Assembly: GCA_965267575.1 (NCBI GenBank)
Contig: OZ254086.1
Coordinates: forward strand, 4,224,001 to 4,288,000
Length of the DNA: 64,000 bases
DNA from: Calditrichales bacterium
GTDB lineage: Bacteria > Calditrichota > Calditrichia > Calditrichales > J004
Direction: 5' to 3'
Positions 21,696-30,297 of this stretch are shown here, one piece after another; position 1 is the first letter of the stretch; each line of letters starts with the position of its first letter. The notes below the pieces were generated by a model that had not been told where the DNA came from, did not search any database, and was given only the letters and a program-made list of their open reading frames with translations. The translations under genes were made by a program, and so were the position numbers.

Positions 21696-22025
21696 GACAA
21701 CCTTCCTGATTGTATTTGCTGTAAACCAATAAGTCCTAGCCAACAATATAATAAATAAAACGAAAAGAGTTTATAAAGAGTAGCAGTTATGCGCGATTTT
21801 TTAAACATAATACGGCGCGATTGCATGTTATGTAAAATGAGCCTTAATTCTCTATTATTTCTTTCGTTTTAAAAGCAACTCTTAGTCTTCGAAATTTTAT
21901 TCTGACGTGCACTACGGCCGGCTGATAATTGTTAATTGCAGGTGAACGAATCTTGCAGCAAAAGCCGACGTAATGTGAGCCTTTAAAAAGACAAAGTAAA
22001 ACAATACATCCGGATCGGAGAACAA

Positions 22026-23168
22026 ATGGAAACAGTAATAATCGGCGGTGGCATTACGGGCTTGACGACGGCCCTGACCCTGCACAAACTTGGTTTAAAA
22101 AGCACCGTTTACGAACAGGCGGCGCAGCTAAATGAAATCGGCGCCGGTATAACTATACAGCCCAATGCCATAAAGGTGCTCGACTGGCTGGGACTTACAA
22201 ACGAAATAAAGCGTCACGGGCGGCCATTGGGCAGCGGTGTTGTGACCAACCCGCAGCTTAATCCCTTCAAAAAGCTTAAAAACGAAGTGATGCTGGATGA
22301 AGCCGGCAACAAAGCGGTTGCCATCCATCGCGGCCGCCTGCAAAAAGTGCTGCATGACGCCGCGGCCAAAGTCGCCGATATCCGGCTGGGCAAAAAGTAT
22401 GTCCGGCATGACCAATATGGCGATCGCGTAAAAATTGAATTCACCGATGGCACAATCGAATGTGATCTCCTGCTTGGCGCGGATGGGATAAACTCACAGG
22501 TTCGGCACAACATTTTTCCTGACTCGGCTTTGCGCTCTGCGGGACAAATGTGCTGGCGCGGTATCGTGCGCATGAAGTTGCCTGAAGACATGGACGGTAT
22601 TGCCAGGGAAGCCTGGGGCAAAAACGGCCGTTTTGGCATCGTGCCCATTGCTGAAGATGAAATTTACTGGTATGCTGCGGTCAACAAGGCACTTTACGAT
22701 AAGCTTCGCCGGGGATCGCTCAAAGACAAATTGCGTGTGCTGTATAAAGATTTTCATGCGGTTGTGGCGGAGCTGATTAATAACACAGACGAGGCAGCCA
22801 TTCATGAAGCGCAACTGGCCGACCTGAAACGGTTGGAAACATGGCACAAAGGAAGGGTTTGCCTGCTGGGAGACGCCGCGCATGCGACAACACCCAACAT
22901 GGGACAAGGCGCCTGCCAGGGGATGGAAGACGCCTATTTTATAAGCCATTTCCTCAAAACAGCATCTTCGCCTCAGGAGGCGTTTGAAAGATTTCAAAAA
23001 GCGCGGCGGGCAAAAGTGGATTATGTGGTCAACACATCCTGGAAAATCGGCCAGGCCGCCCACACACCGCTGGGACGATCTATAATTAAGCTGGCAATGA
23101 AAGCGACCCCGGAGAGTACGATGCAAAAACAATTCGCCAGATTGTTTGAGCTTGAAGGCTATAAATAA
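22026..23168 (+). CDS. FAD-dependent monooxygenase (UbiH/salicylate hydroxylase-like)
   Basis: IIGGGITG, GADG.NS and LLGDAAH..TPNMGQGA motifs; GGAG RBS. Confidence 0.92.
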   Translation: METVIIGGGITGLTTALTLHKLGLKSTVYEQAAQLNEIGAGITIQPNAIKVLDWLGLTNEIKRHGRPLGSGVVTNPQLNPFKKLKNEVMLDEAGNKAVAIHRGRLQKVLHDAAAKVADIRLGKKYVRHDQYGDRVKIEFTDGTIECDLLLGADGINSQVRHNIFPDSALRSAGQMCWRGIVRMKLPEDMDGIAREAWGKNGRFGIVPIAEDEIYWYAAVNKALYDKLRRGSLKDKLRVLYKDFHAVVAELINNTDEAAIHEAQLADLKRLETWHKGRVCLLGDAAHATTPNMGQGACQGMEDAYFISHFLKTASSPQEAFERFQKARRAKVDYVVNTSWKIGQAAHTPLGRSIIKLAMKATPESTMQKQFARLFELEGYK

Positions 23169-23211
23169 AGATGCTAGCTTTACAAAGCTGCTCGTAAATA
23201 TGAGAGACGCC

Positions 23212-23676
23212 ATGTTAAAGCCTGTTATTCTAATAATGTTTATTGTTTTTTTATCCAGTGCTCAACCGTTAGCGAAGCTGAACGCTGTTCCCTACGATTC
23301 AACCTATACAACCAGCATCGAACTACAGAAAAAGAGTCTATATGGAGCTTATATTCTTGAAACATTTGTTCCGACACTAGGATTTTTATATGCCGGTGAT
23401 TGGAAGAAAGGCCTGCTACCTGAAGCAACGAAATTCGGAGGCATTGTCATTGCGTTTTCTCAGGTTGATTTAAATCTTTTGGGTGGAGAAACGGAAATTA
23501 GAAACGATTTTATTTTTGGTGTTGGCGTACTAATGACTATTGCCGGGTTCGAGTGGACATATTCCCGTTTAGCAGATTTGATCAATGAGCATAACTTCAA
23601 AGTTGAGATGTCCACAAGGCAATCCGCGCACACCAAATCTAATTACCTATCTATAAGCATTGCTTATATGTTTTAA
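23212..23676 (+). CDS. Hypothetical exported/membrane protein
   Basis: ORF filling the gap between genes, with a signal-peptide-like N-terminus (MLKPVILIMFIVFLSSA) and hydrophobic segments. Start uncertain. Confidence 0.6.
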   Translation: MLKPVILIMFIVFLSSAQPLAKLNAVPYDSTYTTSIELQKKSLYGAYILETFVPTLGFLYAGDWKKGLLPEATKFGGIVIAFSQVDLNLLGGETEIRNDFIFGVGVLMTIAGFEWTYSRLADLINEHNFKVEMSTRQSAHTKSNYLSISIAYMF

Positions 23677-23703
23677 AACTGAAGAACCTTTTACGGTCGG
23701 CAC

Positions 23704-25197
23704 CTATGATGCCAGCTGCTTTTGGTGAACCGGTTTGTAGGCATGTACGTCAAATGTAAAAAACGTCCCTTTGCCTTTAGCGCTTTCCACGTGAATATCA
23801 CTGTCGTGCAGGTCCAGGATTTTCTTAACAATGGAAAGTCCCAGTCCCGCGCCCCCGGTGGCGGCAGAACGGCTCTTTTCAGCGCGGTAAAAACGATCAA
23901 AAATACGCTTCTGATCATCTTCGCCAATGCCTTCGCCGGTGTCTTCTACGGTAACTTTTAGTGTATCGTCACTTTGCGCTGCTTTAAGTCTTATTTCGCC
24001 ACCGGCCGGTGTGTAGCGTATGGCGTTGTCCAGCAAGTTGCTGAGAACGCGTTCCATCAAGGCGATATCGGCGTGGGCCTGTGGCAGGCCTTCTTCAACC
24101 GTCACTTTCATGCGCAGGTTTTTATTCTCGAGCTGCGGCTCATATTTGCGGGCTACATCATAGAGCAGATCACCGAGGATGAAAGGCTCTTTTTCAGCCT
24201 GTACCTGGCAGGCATCCATCTTGGAAAGTTCAAAAAGCTGTTCTACAAGGTTTTCCAGCCCGGACGCCGTTTCCAGCGCGGAATCTATGTAGCGCGCCCG
24301 TTCTTCTTCACTGAGCTGGCCGTTGCGGATCTGCATGGTTTCCAGGTAACCGCGGATGGAGGCCAGGGGGCTGCGCAGATCGTGGGAAACGTTGGCGATC
24401 AGTTCACGTCTCAGGCGGTCCGTTTCCTGCAAAGTATGGATGTTTGCTTCAATTTTAGCCGCCATTGTGTTGATCGTTTGGGCCAGGCTTCCCAGCTCAT
24501 CATGTGAATGAACGGGGATACGTTTGTCGTATTCGCCCTTTTCGAAGCTTTTAACCATATCGTTCATCACCCGCACACGCCGCGTGAGAAAGGCAAACAG
24601 GAAAAGACCCAGAACGCCGGTGAAAAGCAATACAATCACCAGGCCTTTTAAGAGCGCTGTTCCAAGATAACTATCTTCAAGCGCGGCGATGGCCGTATCA
24701 TAATCCTGCGACCCTATAATGACAAACAAATAGCCCTGCTCATCACCAATGTCGATAGGTGCGGCGCTGAATGGTTTATGTCGTTTCGGGTTACGCGGAT
24801 CGACCGCCAGTATGGGTGTTTGCCCCTGCTCGCTGATAAAGCGCTTAATCGGCTCCAGCTCCAGGCTTTCCAGCTTAACCTCCTTGCCCGGTTCGGCAAA
24901 AAAGGCCATGATCTCTCCCGTGCTGTCCAGAAGATAGATCTCGATTTTGGGATTCATCACCATCAGGTAATGCATCATATGCTCTATTTCCGGCATATCC
25001 AGCGTATCGCCCACAAGGGGTTTAAAGTCCGGAACGAGATCACGCGCCAGACGCTGGTTCAGTTTCTGGTCGGCCTCGTGGTGGTACTGCGTCCACGATT
25101 CCACCGTGATGTAGAGTTGCGCCGCGCCGGTGAGCAGAAGCAGCAGTAAAAATACCAGCGACAGCTTGCCGTAAAACGATCTGAAAAATTTTTTCAT
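23704..25197 (-). CDS. HAMP-domain membrane sensor histidine kinase
   Basis: Two TM segments, HAMP (DELG.LA..IN.M), SHDLRSPL, NLLDNAIRYT and GAGLGL motifs. Confidence 0.95.
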   Translation of the reverse strand: MKKFFRSFYGKLSLVFLLLLLLTGAAQLYITVESWTQYHHEADQKLNQRLARDLVPDFKPLVGDTLDMPEIEHMMHYLMVMNPKIEIYLLDSTGEIMAFFAEPGKEVKLESLELEPIKRFISEQGQTPILAVDPRNPKRHKPFSAAPIDIGDEQGYLFVIIGSQDYDTAIAALEDSYLGTALLKGLVIVLLFTGVLGLFLFAFLTRRVRVMNDMVKSFEKGEYDKRIPVHSHDELGSLAQTINTMAAKIEANIHTLQETDRLRRELIANVSHDLRSPLASIRGYLETMQIRNGQLSEEERARYIDSALETASGLENLVEQLFELSKMDACQVQAEKEPFILGDLLYDVARKYEPQLENKNLRMKVTVEEGLPQAHADIALMERVLSNLLDNAIRYTPAGGEIRLKAAQSDDTLKVTVEDTGEGIGEDDQKRIFDRFYRAEKSRSAATGGAGLGLSIVKKILDLHDSDIHVESAKGKGTFFTFDVHAYKPVHQKQLAS

Positions 25198-25950
25198 TTA
25201 AGCCTCGAAACGGTACCCTACGCCCCACAGCGTTCGGATAAAGCGGGGGTTGGCGGGGTCTTCTTCTATTTTGTTGCGTAAACGGTTGATGTGAGAATTG
25301 ACAGTATGCTCGTAGCCGTTATACTGGTAGCCCCAGATCAATTCCAGCAGCCGTTCGCGGCTGTAGGTGTGTCCGGGGTGTTTGGCAAACAGCGTGAGCA
25401 ATTCAAACTCTTTGGCGGTCAGCTCAACGGGCCCGCCGTTTACATAGACCATATGCTTGTCAAAATCGATGCGCAGATTGCCGTAATCCAGTATTCTGCG
25501 GTCATCGTTTTTCTCCATGATCTCCTTGTCTATTTCAATCCGGCGGATAATCGACTTGACGCGGGCGACGAATTCACGCACGCCAAAGGGCTTGGTGATA
25601 TAATCATCGGCTCCCACTTCCAGGCCCAGCACCTTGTCAATTTCTTCGTTCTTGGCCGTCAACATAAGGATCGGTGAGCTGATTTCGCGCTCACGCAGTT
25701 TGCGGCATATTTCGATCCCATCCATGTGCGGCAGCATCAAGTCCAGGATGATAACGGCATATTCACCGTCGAGCGCCTTCTGCAAACCGCTTAACCCATC
25801 ATAGGCCTTATCCAGCGACAGGCCCAGGTCACGCAGATTAATTTCAACGATATCAACGATCTTTTTGTCGTCTTCGATGATCAACGCTTTTTGCAATGAG
25901 TTCATGCTTCGCTTTGTGGTTAGTGAAAGGTGATGATTCATTATACTCAT
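25198..25950 (-). CDS. OmpR/PhoB family response regulator
   Basis: IIEDD, ILDLMLP, GADDYITKPF and winged-helix LTAKEFELL...TLWGVGYRF. True start may be 25941 or 25905. Confidence 0.95.
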   Translation of the reverse strand: MSIMNHHLSLTTKRSMNSLQKALIIEDDKKIVDIVEINLRDLGLSLDKAYDGLSGLQKALDGEYAVIILDLMLPHMDGIEICRKLREREISSPILMLTAKNEEIDKVLGLEVGADDYITKPFGVREFVARVKSIIRRIEIDKEIMEKNDDRRILDYGNLRIDFDKHMVYVNGGPVELTAKEFELLTLFAKHPGHTYSRERLLELIWGYQYNGYEHTVNSHINRLRNKIEEDPANPRFIRTLWGVGYRFEA

Positions 25951-25964
25951 TTTTGATCCAAAAT

Positions 25965-25992
25965 AAAAAAATCCCCGCCCAACGGACGGGGA
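25965..25992 (-). terminator. Rho-independent terminator after the spondin gene
   Basis: Minus-strand RNA UCCCCGUCC-GUU-GGGCGGGGA followed by U7. Confidence 0.8.
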
Positions 25993-26004
25993 AAAGAGTA
26001 ATGG

Positions 26005-26751
26005 TTAGTTGACGCGTGTTATAACGATTTTTGCAACATTACCATCCCAGTCATACAAAGCGGGATCAAGGTCGCCGGTGCCTTCAATACCGGAATGGAA
26101 ATGAATACGCTCTTTGGTCGGAACGCGCACGAGAGGATTACCGCAACAGGGACCAGGGATATGCTCGGTCATTTCCGTATTCGCTTCACTGCCGGCGTCA
26201 TATGCTTTTACATAGAGTGTTTTGGAACCAACCGGCGGCAAAGGAATGCTGTTTACCGCACTGAAAGCGTCGTTGGTATTTACCAGCATCCACACGGCGG
26301 AAACCTTGCGATACAGGCGATTGGCCGAAATCTTTACCGTTGCCGACTGGCCCGGCAGGATAACGCCATCACCTACAACGACCTCGCGCACCTGCGGATT
26401 TTCCTGCAGTGACTCAACCATCGGGCCGTTCACGGCGTCTTCGGCAATCTGTGCCAGCTCATCCGAGGCAAAGCCGCCTAAATTAAAAATGCGGAAACCC
26501 GGCGTGTGATTGGCTAAAACCGGCGGTGAGAAAGGCTGGCTTGCGCCCGGGCCTGTTGCCGGTGTTAAATTATAAATCGTAATCTCGAATTCAGCCATTG
26601 CGTCATCATGGTCATCAATCGATGCGTTGCCTTTAAACGCTCTGCGCGTCTCTTCGGCATTCTCTTCCGGTGAGACGACCGGCTGTTCGTTACAAGCGGC
26701 AAACAGAAAAATAAGTGCAACAAGACCGCTTAATCTTAAATATCTCATCAT
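26005..26751 (-). CDS. Spondin_N domain lipoprotein
   Basis: Lipobox FAAC; QPFSPP...H, MLVNTNDAF and YDAGSE.N.E motifs of bacterial spondin-domain proteins; GGAGG RBS. Confidence 0.85.
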   Translation of the reverse strand: MMRYLRLSGLVALIFLFAACNEQPVVSPEENAEETRRAFKGNASIDDHDDAMAEFEITIYNLTPATGPGASQPFSPPVLANHTPGFRIFNLGGFASDELAQIAEDAVNGPMVESLQENPQVREVVVGDGVILPGQSATVKISANRLYRKVSAVWMLVNTNDAFSAVNSIPLPPVGSKTLYVKAYDAGSEANTEMTEHIPGPCCGNPLVRVPTKERIHFHSGIEGTGDLDPALYDWDGNVAKIVITRVN

Positions 26752-26799
26752 ACCTCCTAAGGTTTGTTTAATGGACTGCCTTAAGAATGCGGTCTGATG

Positions 26800-26851
26800 T
26801 TCACAAACAGTTAACAGAATTTTTAATAATTGAAAAAGTAGTTTAACAGAA
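26800..26851. promoter_or_regulatory. Candidate OmpR-type tandem binding boxes upstream of spondin gene
   Basis: TTCACA (26800) and TTAACA (26811) are 11 bp apart; TTAACAGAA recurs at 26843. Confidence 0.35.
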
Positions 26852-26872
26852 AACTCATCATGCGGATTAGCG

Positions 26873-27520
26873 CTAAAACTCCACGCTCCAAATGCGGATA
26901 GACGGATTAAAAGTATCGAGAGTCTGCCAGCTATTGATCCCGGCAGCGTTTAGCAATCCCGGCATACCACCGTGACGCCTGTAATCCAAAAACCGGCGGT
27001 AATGTCCGGCAATCATTTCATCAGCATGCAAGGCCGCCTTTGGTATTAAAGAGGCGCTTTCGAAAAGATCGGCCAGCAGCAAAACGCTGGTTAATCCTGA
27101 AAGCTTTTTCAGCAAAGATGCCGCATGACTGCGTGGCATCTCGTGGAGACAGAGCGCGGCGATTCCAACATCGGGCTTGAAATTAAGATGAGTAGCAAGG
27201 TCAGCGGCATCGGAGCAGATGAATTGAATCTTGCAACCATTGTTTTGCCCGTATTTGCTTTGTGCCCAGCGGATGGCTTCGTTATCGCGATCTATGCCCA
27301 TTCCCTGCGATATTTTGCCTGACAGATCAGCAAGCAAGCGTCCGTTGGCACAACCAATCTCCAAAACGCTGCTGCCCTCCGGGATCATCTCTGCTATCTG
27401 GCGGCGCAAGGGGGCGTTTGCGCGATCCGTAACGTTATTTCTGAACCATAATGAAAACGACATGCACTGGCTTACGGCAAAGCCGGCCAAAAGTTGTATG
27501 CGGACCGGAATGTAAAACAC
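26873..27520 (-). CDS. Class I SAM-dependent methyltransferase
   Basis: VLEIGCANG motif I, GID and LHEMP; GTG start with AGGAGG RBS. Confidence 0.85.
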   Translation of the reverse strand: MFYIPVRIQLLAGFAVSQCMSFSLWFRNNVTDRANAPLRRQIAEMIPEGSSVLEIGCANGRLLADLSGKISQGMGIDRDNEAIRWAQSKYGQNNGCKIQFICSDAADLATHLNFKPDVGIAALCLHEMPRSHAASLLKKLSGLTSVLLLADLFESASLIPKAALHADEMIAGHYRRFLDYRRHGGMPGLLNAAGINSWQTLDTFNPSIRIWSVEF

Positions 27521-27533
27521 ACGCTTCCTCCTA

Positions 27534-27568
27534 AATTCATCAATTCAACAATTCATCAATTCTTCAAT
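27534..27568. repeat. Degenerate 8-nt tandem repeat (AATTCATC x4)
   Basis: aattcatc aattcaac aattcatc aattcttc in the divergent intergenic gap. Confidence 0.8.
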
Positions 27569-27621
27569 CCAGCTATTCTCCCCTGCTTTCATCTTATTTG
27601 TCACCTTATTAAGCTTGGCAG

Positions 27622-28959
27622 ATGAACAGGCAGATCCTTCGCTTGGCGATTCCCAATATTATCAGCAACCTGGCTATTCCCCTGTTGGGCGTGGTGGACA
27701 CAGCTCTGGTCGGGCACCTGGACGGCATTCACTACATCGGAGCGCTGGCCATTGGCGGAATGATCTTCAATTTTGTCTACTGGGGTTTTGGCTTTCTGCG
27801 CATGGGCACAACGGGGCTTACCGCGCAGGCCTTTGGGCGCAAAGGTGATGCCGAATCGATACACATATTGCTGCGCGCATTGATTGTTGCCGTTGGCGGC
27901 GCGTTGCTGCTCTGGCTGTTGCAGGTGCCCATCGCCTGGTTCAGTTTCTGGCTTGTGGATGCCAGCGCCGATGTGGAAAAATACGCCGCTTCCTATTTTT
28001 ACATTCGCATTTACGCCGCACCGGCCACTCTTAGCCTGTATGCTTTCCACGGCTGGTTCCTGGGTATGCAGAACGCGCGCTATCCGCTCTATTTAACCGT
28101 GCTGGTAAACGCGGCCAACATCGGCTTTAACCTGCTTTTTGTAAAAGTATTTTCGATGCATTCCGACGGCATAGCGCTGGGAACGGTGCTGGCGCAGTAT
28201 CTCGGCCTGGCAGGCGCCCTGCTGTTGTTTGCCCGCCGTTACCGAGCCATGCTGCAGGCGATCCGCAAACAGGCCCTGCGCAACGTGGACGAAATCAAAC
28301 GCTTTTTTAATGTAAACCGTGACATCTTTATCCGCACCTTGTGCCTTATTTTTGCGTTTTCCTTCTTCACGGCCAAGTCCGCGGAACTGGGTGAAGATAT
28401 CCTGGCGGTGAATACGATCCTGCTGCAGTTGTGGATGGTCTTTTCCTATGGCATCGACGGTTTTGCCTTTGCCGCCGAAAGCCTTGTGGGACGCTATTAC
28501 GGCGCCAATGACGAGAGCGGCCTGCGGCGCATGGTTAAGTATATCTTTGCCTGGGGCGTTGGGCTGGGACTCCTTTTTTCGGCAGTATATGGCCTGCTGG
28601 GAGAAAACATTCTGTGGCTTTTTACAGACAAAGAAAACCTTGTGTTGCTGGCTATGAGTTTCTTTACCTGGACTGTCGTCGCGCCGACGGTAAACAGCTT
28701 CTGCTACATCTGGGACGGCATTTTTATCGGGGCCACGGCGTCGCGTGCCATGCGTGATACGATGCTTTTTTCAACGTTTGCTGTTTTTCTGCCGATGTTC
28801 TACGTGGGAAAATGGTGGCTGGGCAACCACGGCCTGTGGCTGGCGATGCTGCTGTTCATGGCCGCGCGCTGGTTGAGTATGCAGCTGCTTGCAGGGAAAG
28901 TGCTTCGGGTAGGTGACGGGGAGAAGAAGAGGTTACCGGGTAACGGGGTGACGGAGTGA
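27622..28959 (+). CDS. dinF: MATE family efflux transporter, DinF-like
   Basis: LAIPNIISN..IPLLGVVDTALVGHL, GFLRMGTTGLTAQ and NRDIFIRT motifs; many TM segments. Confidence 0.92.
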   Translation: MNRQILRLAIPNIISNLAIPLLGVVDTALVGHLDGIHYIGALAIGGMIFNFVYWGFGFLRMGTTGLTAQAFGRKGDAESIHILLRALIVAVGGALLLWLLQVPIAWFSFWLVDASADVEKYAASYFYIRIYAAPATLSLYAFHGWFLGMQNARYPLYLTVLVNAANIGFNLLFVKVFSMHSDGIALGTVLAQYLGLAGALLLFARRYRAMLQAIRKQALRNVDEIKRFFNVNRDIFIRTLCLIFAFSFFTAKSAELGEDILAVNTILLQLWMVFSYGIDGFAFAAESLVGRYYGANDESGLRRMVKYIFAWGVGLGLLFSAVYGLLGENILWLFTDKENLVLLAMSFFTWTVVAPTVNSFCYIWDGIFIGATASRAMRDTMLFSTFAVFLPMFYVGKWWLGNHGLWLAMLLFMAARWLSMQLLAGKVLRVGDGEKKRLPGNGVTE

Positions 28960-29488
28960 CGGGTTAAGAAGTTACGAAATGACGAGGTGACGGAGTGATG
29001 AAGGAGCCCGACACGTCATGCTGAATTCATTTCAGCATCTTCTTCATAGCGCGGGGCAGAGATTCTGAAACAAGTTCAGAATGACGAAGTGGCCAGCAAT
29101 GCCCGCGCTATTGTCATTTCGAATTCGGCAACCGCCGGGTGAGAAATCAAGGCAACAGACGCATCCCGAATTACTTAACATTTACAGAAAATGACATACC
29201 ATTCCCCTCCTTCCCTTAAACTAAGGGAAGGATGCCCTTCAGGGCAGGAAGGGTTTTCCTTCTCGTCACGCGGTTACCCGGTCACTCCGTAACCTCCTTA
29301 GAACGTCATCCTGAATTCATTTCAGGATCTTCTTCACAGCACGGGGGAGAGATTCTGAAACGAGTTCAGAATGACGAAGCGGTCCGTTCCTTCCCTTAGC
29401 ATCTCTGACATGGGGCGCGGGAGAGACAGCACGGAGCAGAGATTCTGAAACGAGTTCAGAATGACGAGATGGGTGGTTCAGCATGACG
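28925..29488. repeat. Mosaic palindromic repeat cluster 1 (octamer tracts, CGTC-REP doublets, TGTC-REP, double hairpin)
   Basis: 27-bp REPs at 29014-29040(+), 29060-29086(-), 29304-29330(+), 29350-29376(-) and 29440-29466(-); half copy at 29476-29488; TGTC unit at 29112-29148; double hairpin at 29208-29246. Confidence 0.95.
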
Positions 29489-29525
29489 GAATTAATCGCA
29501 GCAAAAAAATCATCTGACAAACAAA

Positions 29526-30272
29526 ATGAAAAAGACATATACACTTATCCTTGTCACTTTGCTTTTTGCCGCTACTGCGCAGGCGCAGGATGCGGTTTTC
29601 CCGGGGCTTGAAGAAAAGGAAGACCCGGCGGAGAAGGTTTACCGTGGCGGGGCTTTTCTGTTGGCGGCATCCTTTCTTCTGGATAACAGCATCCGTAAGG
29701 AAGTTGCTTCCATTAACAATAAAACATTCGATGATATTATGGTCATCGACCGCTATTACGGGCAAAGGGAAATAACCGCGGCCGGGCTATTAGGCATCTA
29801 TGGCATTAGTGCACTGGCGGACAATCAGCGATGGAAAGATGCCAGCGAAACAGCGATTCTATCCGCATTGGTTTCGACAGTAATCAACGTCGCCATAAAA
29901 GACGCTGTGGGGCGTGCCAGGCCTCACGCGGGCAAAGGAGCACATCATTACACGCCGTTCCGCTTTAAGGAATCGCGCAGGGCTTTTATGTCAGGCCACG
30001 CCACGGTTACCATGGCTGTCTCCGCCTCTTTTGCCGATGTGTATGATGCCGGTGCCTGGAAGGCTTTGTGCTATGGCGCGGCGCTGCTCACCGGCACGGC
30101 ACGTATCTACCGCGACCAGCACTGGGCATCGGATGTGATCGGCGGCTGGCTGTGGGGCTATTTTGTGGCCCAAAAAAGCAGGGAGTTCATAAAATCAAAA
30201 AAGGCCACGCCCACTCCGGGGGTGACCTTTAAAGACGGTACCGCGCTGTTAACACTTTCCATAAATTTTTAG
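29526..30272 (+). CDS. PAP2 family phosphatase with signal peptide
   Basis: K-x6-RP (KDAVGRARP), SGH and R-x5-H-x3-D (RIYRDQHWASD) motifs. Confidence 0.92.
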   Translation: MKKTYTLILVTLLFAATAQAQDAVFPGLEEKEDPAEKVYRGGAFLLAASFLLDNSIRKEVASINNKTFDDIMVIDRYYGQREITAAGLLGIYGISALADNQRWKDASETAILSALVSTVINVAIKDAVGRARPHAGKGAHHYTPFRFKESRRAFMSGHATVTMAVSASFADVYDAGAWKALCYGAALLTGTARIYRDQHWASDVIGGWLWGYFVAQKSREFIKSKKATPTPGVTFKDGTALLTLSINF

Positions 30273-30297
30273 GTGAGATTGTTTACATCGCCGGTGG

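Noticed and set aside
21696..21746. N-terminal extension of the biotin carboxylase ORF
   Set aside because: The conserved N-terminus and RBS point to ATG 21695.
19576..22025. Cobalamin riboswitch upstream of the mutase block
   Set aside because: The intergenic gaps (19576-19674, 21696-22025) show no recognisable B12-box motif.
29014..29488. REP hairpins as simple intrinsic terminators
   Set aside because: No U-tracts follow them, and they are multicopy in both orientations. An RNA-level role remains possible but does not explain the fixed geometry.
29317..29544. Small ORFs inside repeat clusters (also 34549-34755, 34768-35019, 34928-35119)
   Set aside because: They are translations of the repeats (for example RHSELVSES twice) with no other coding evidence.
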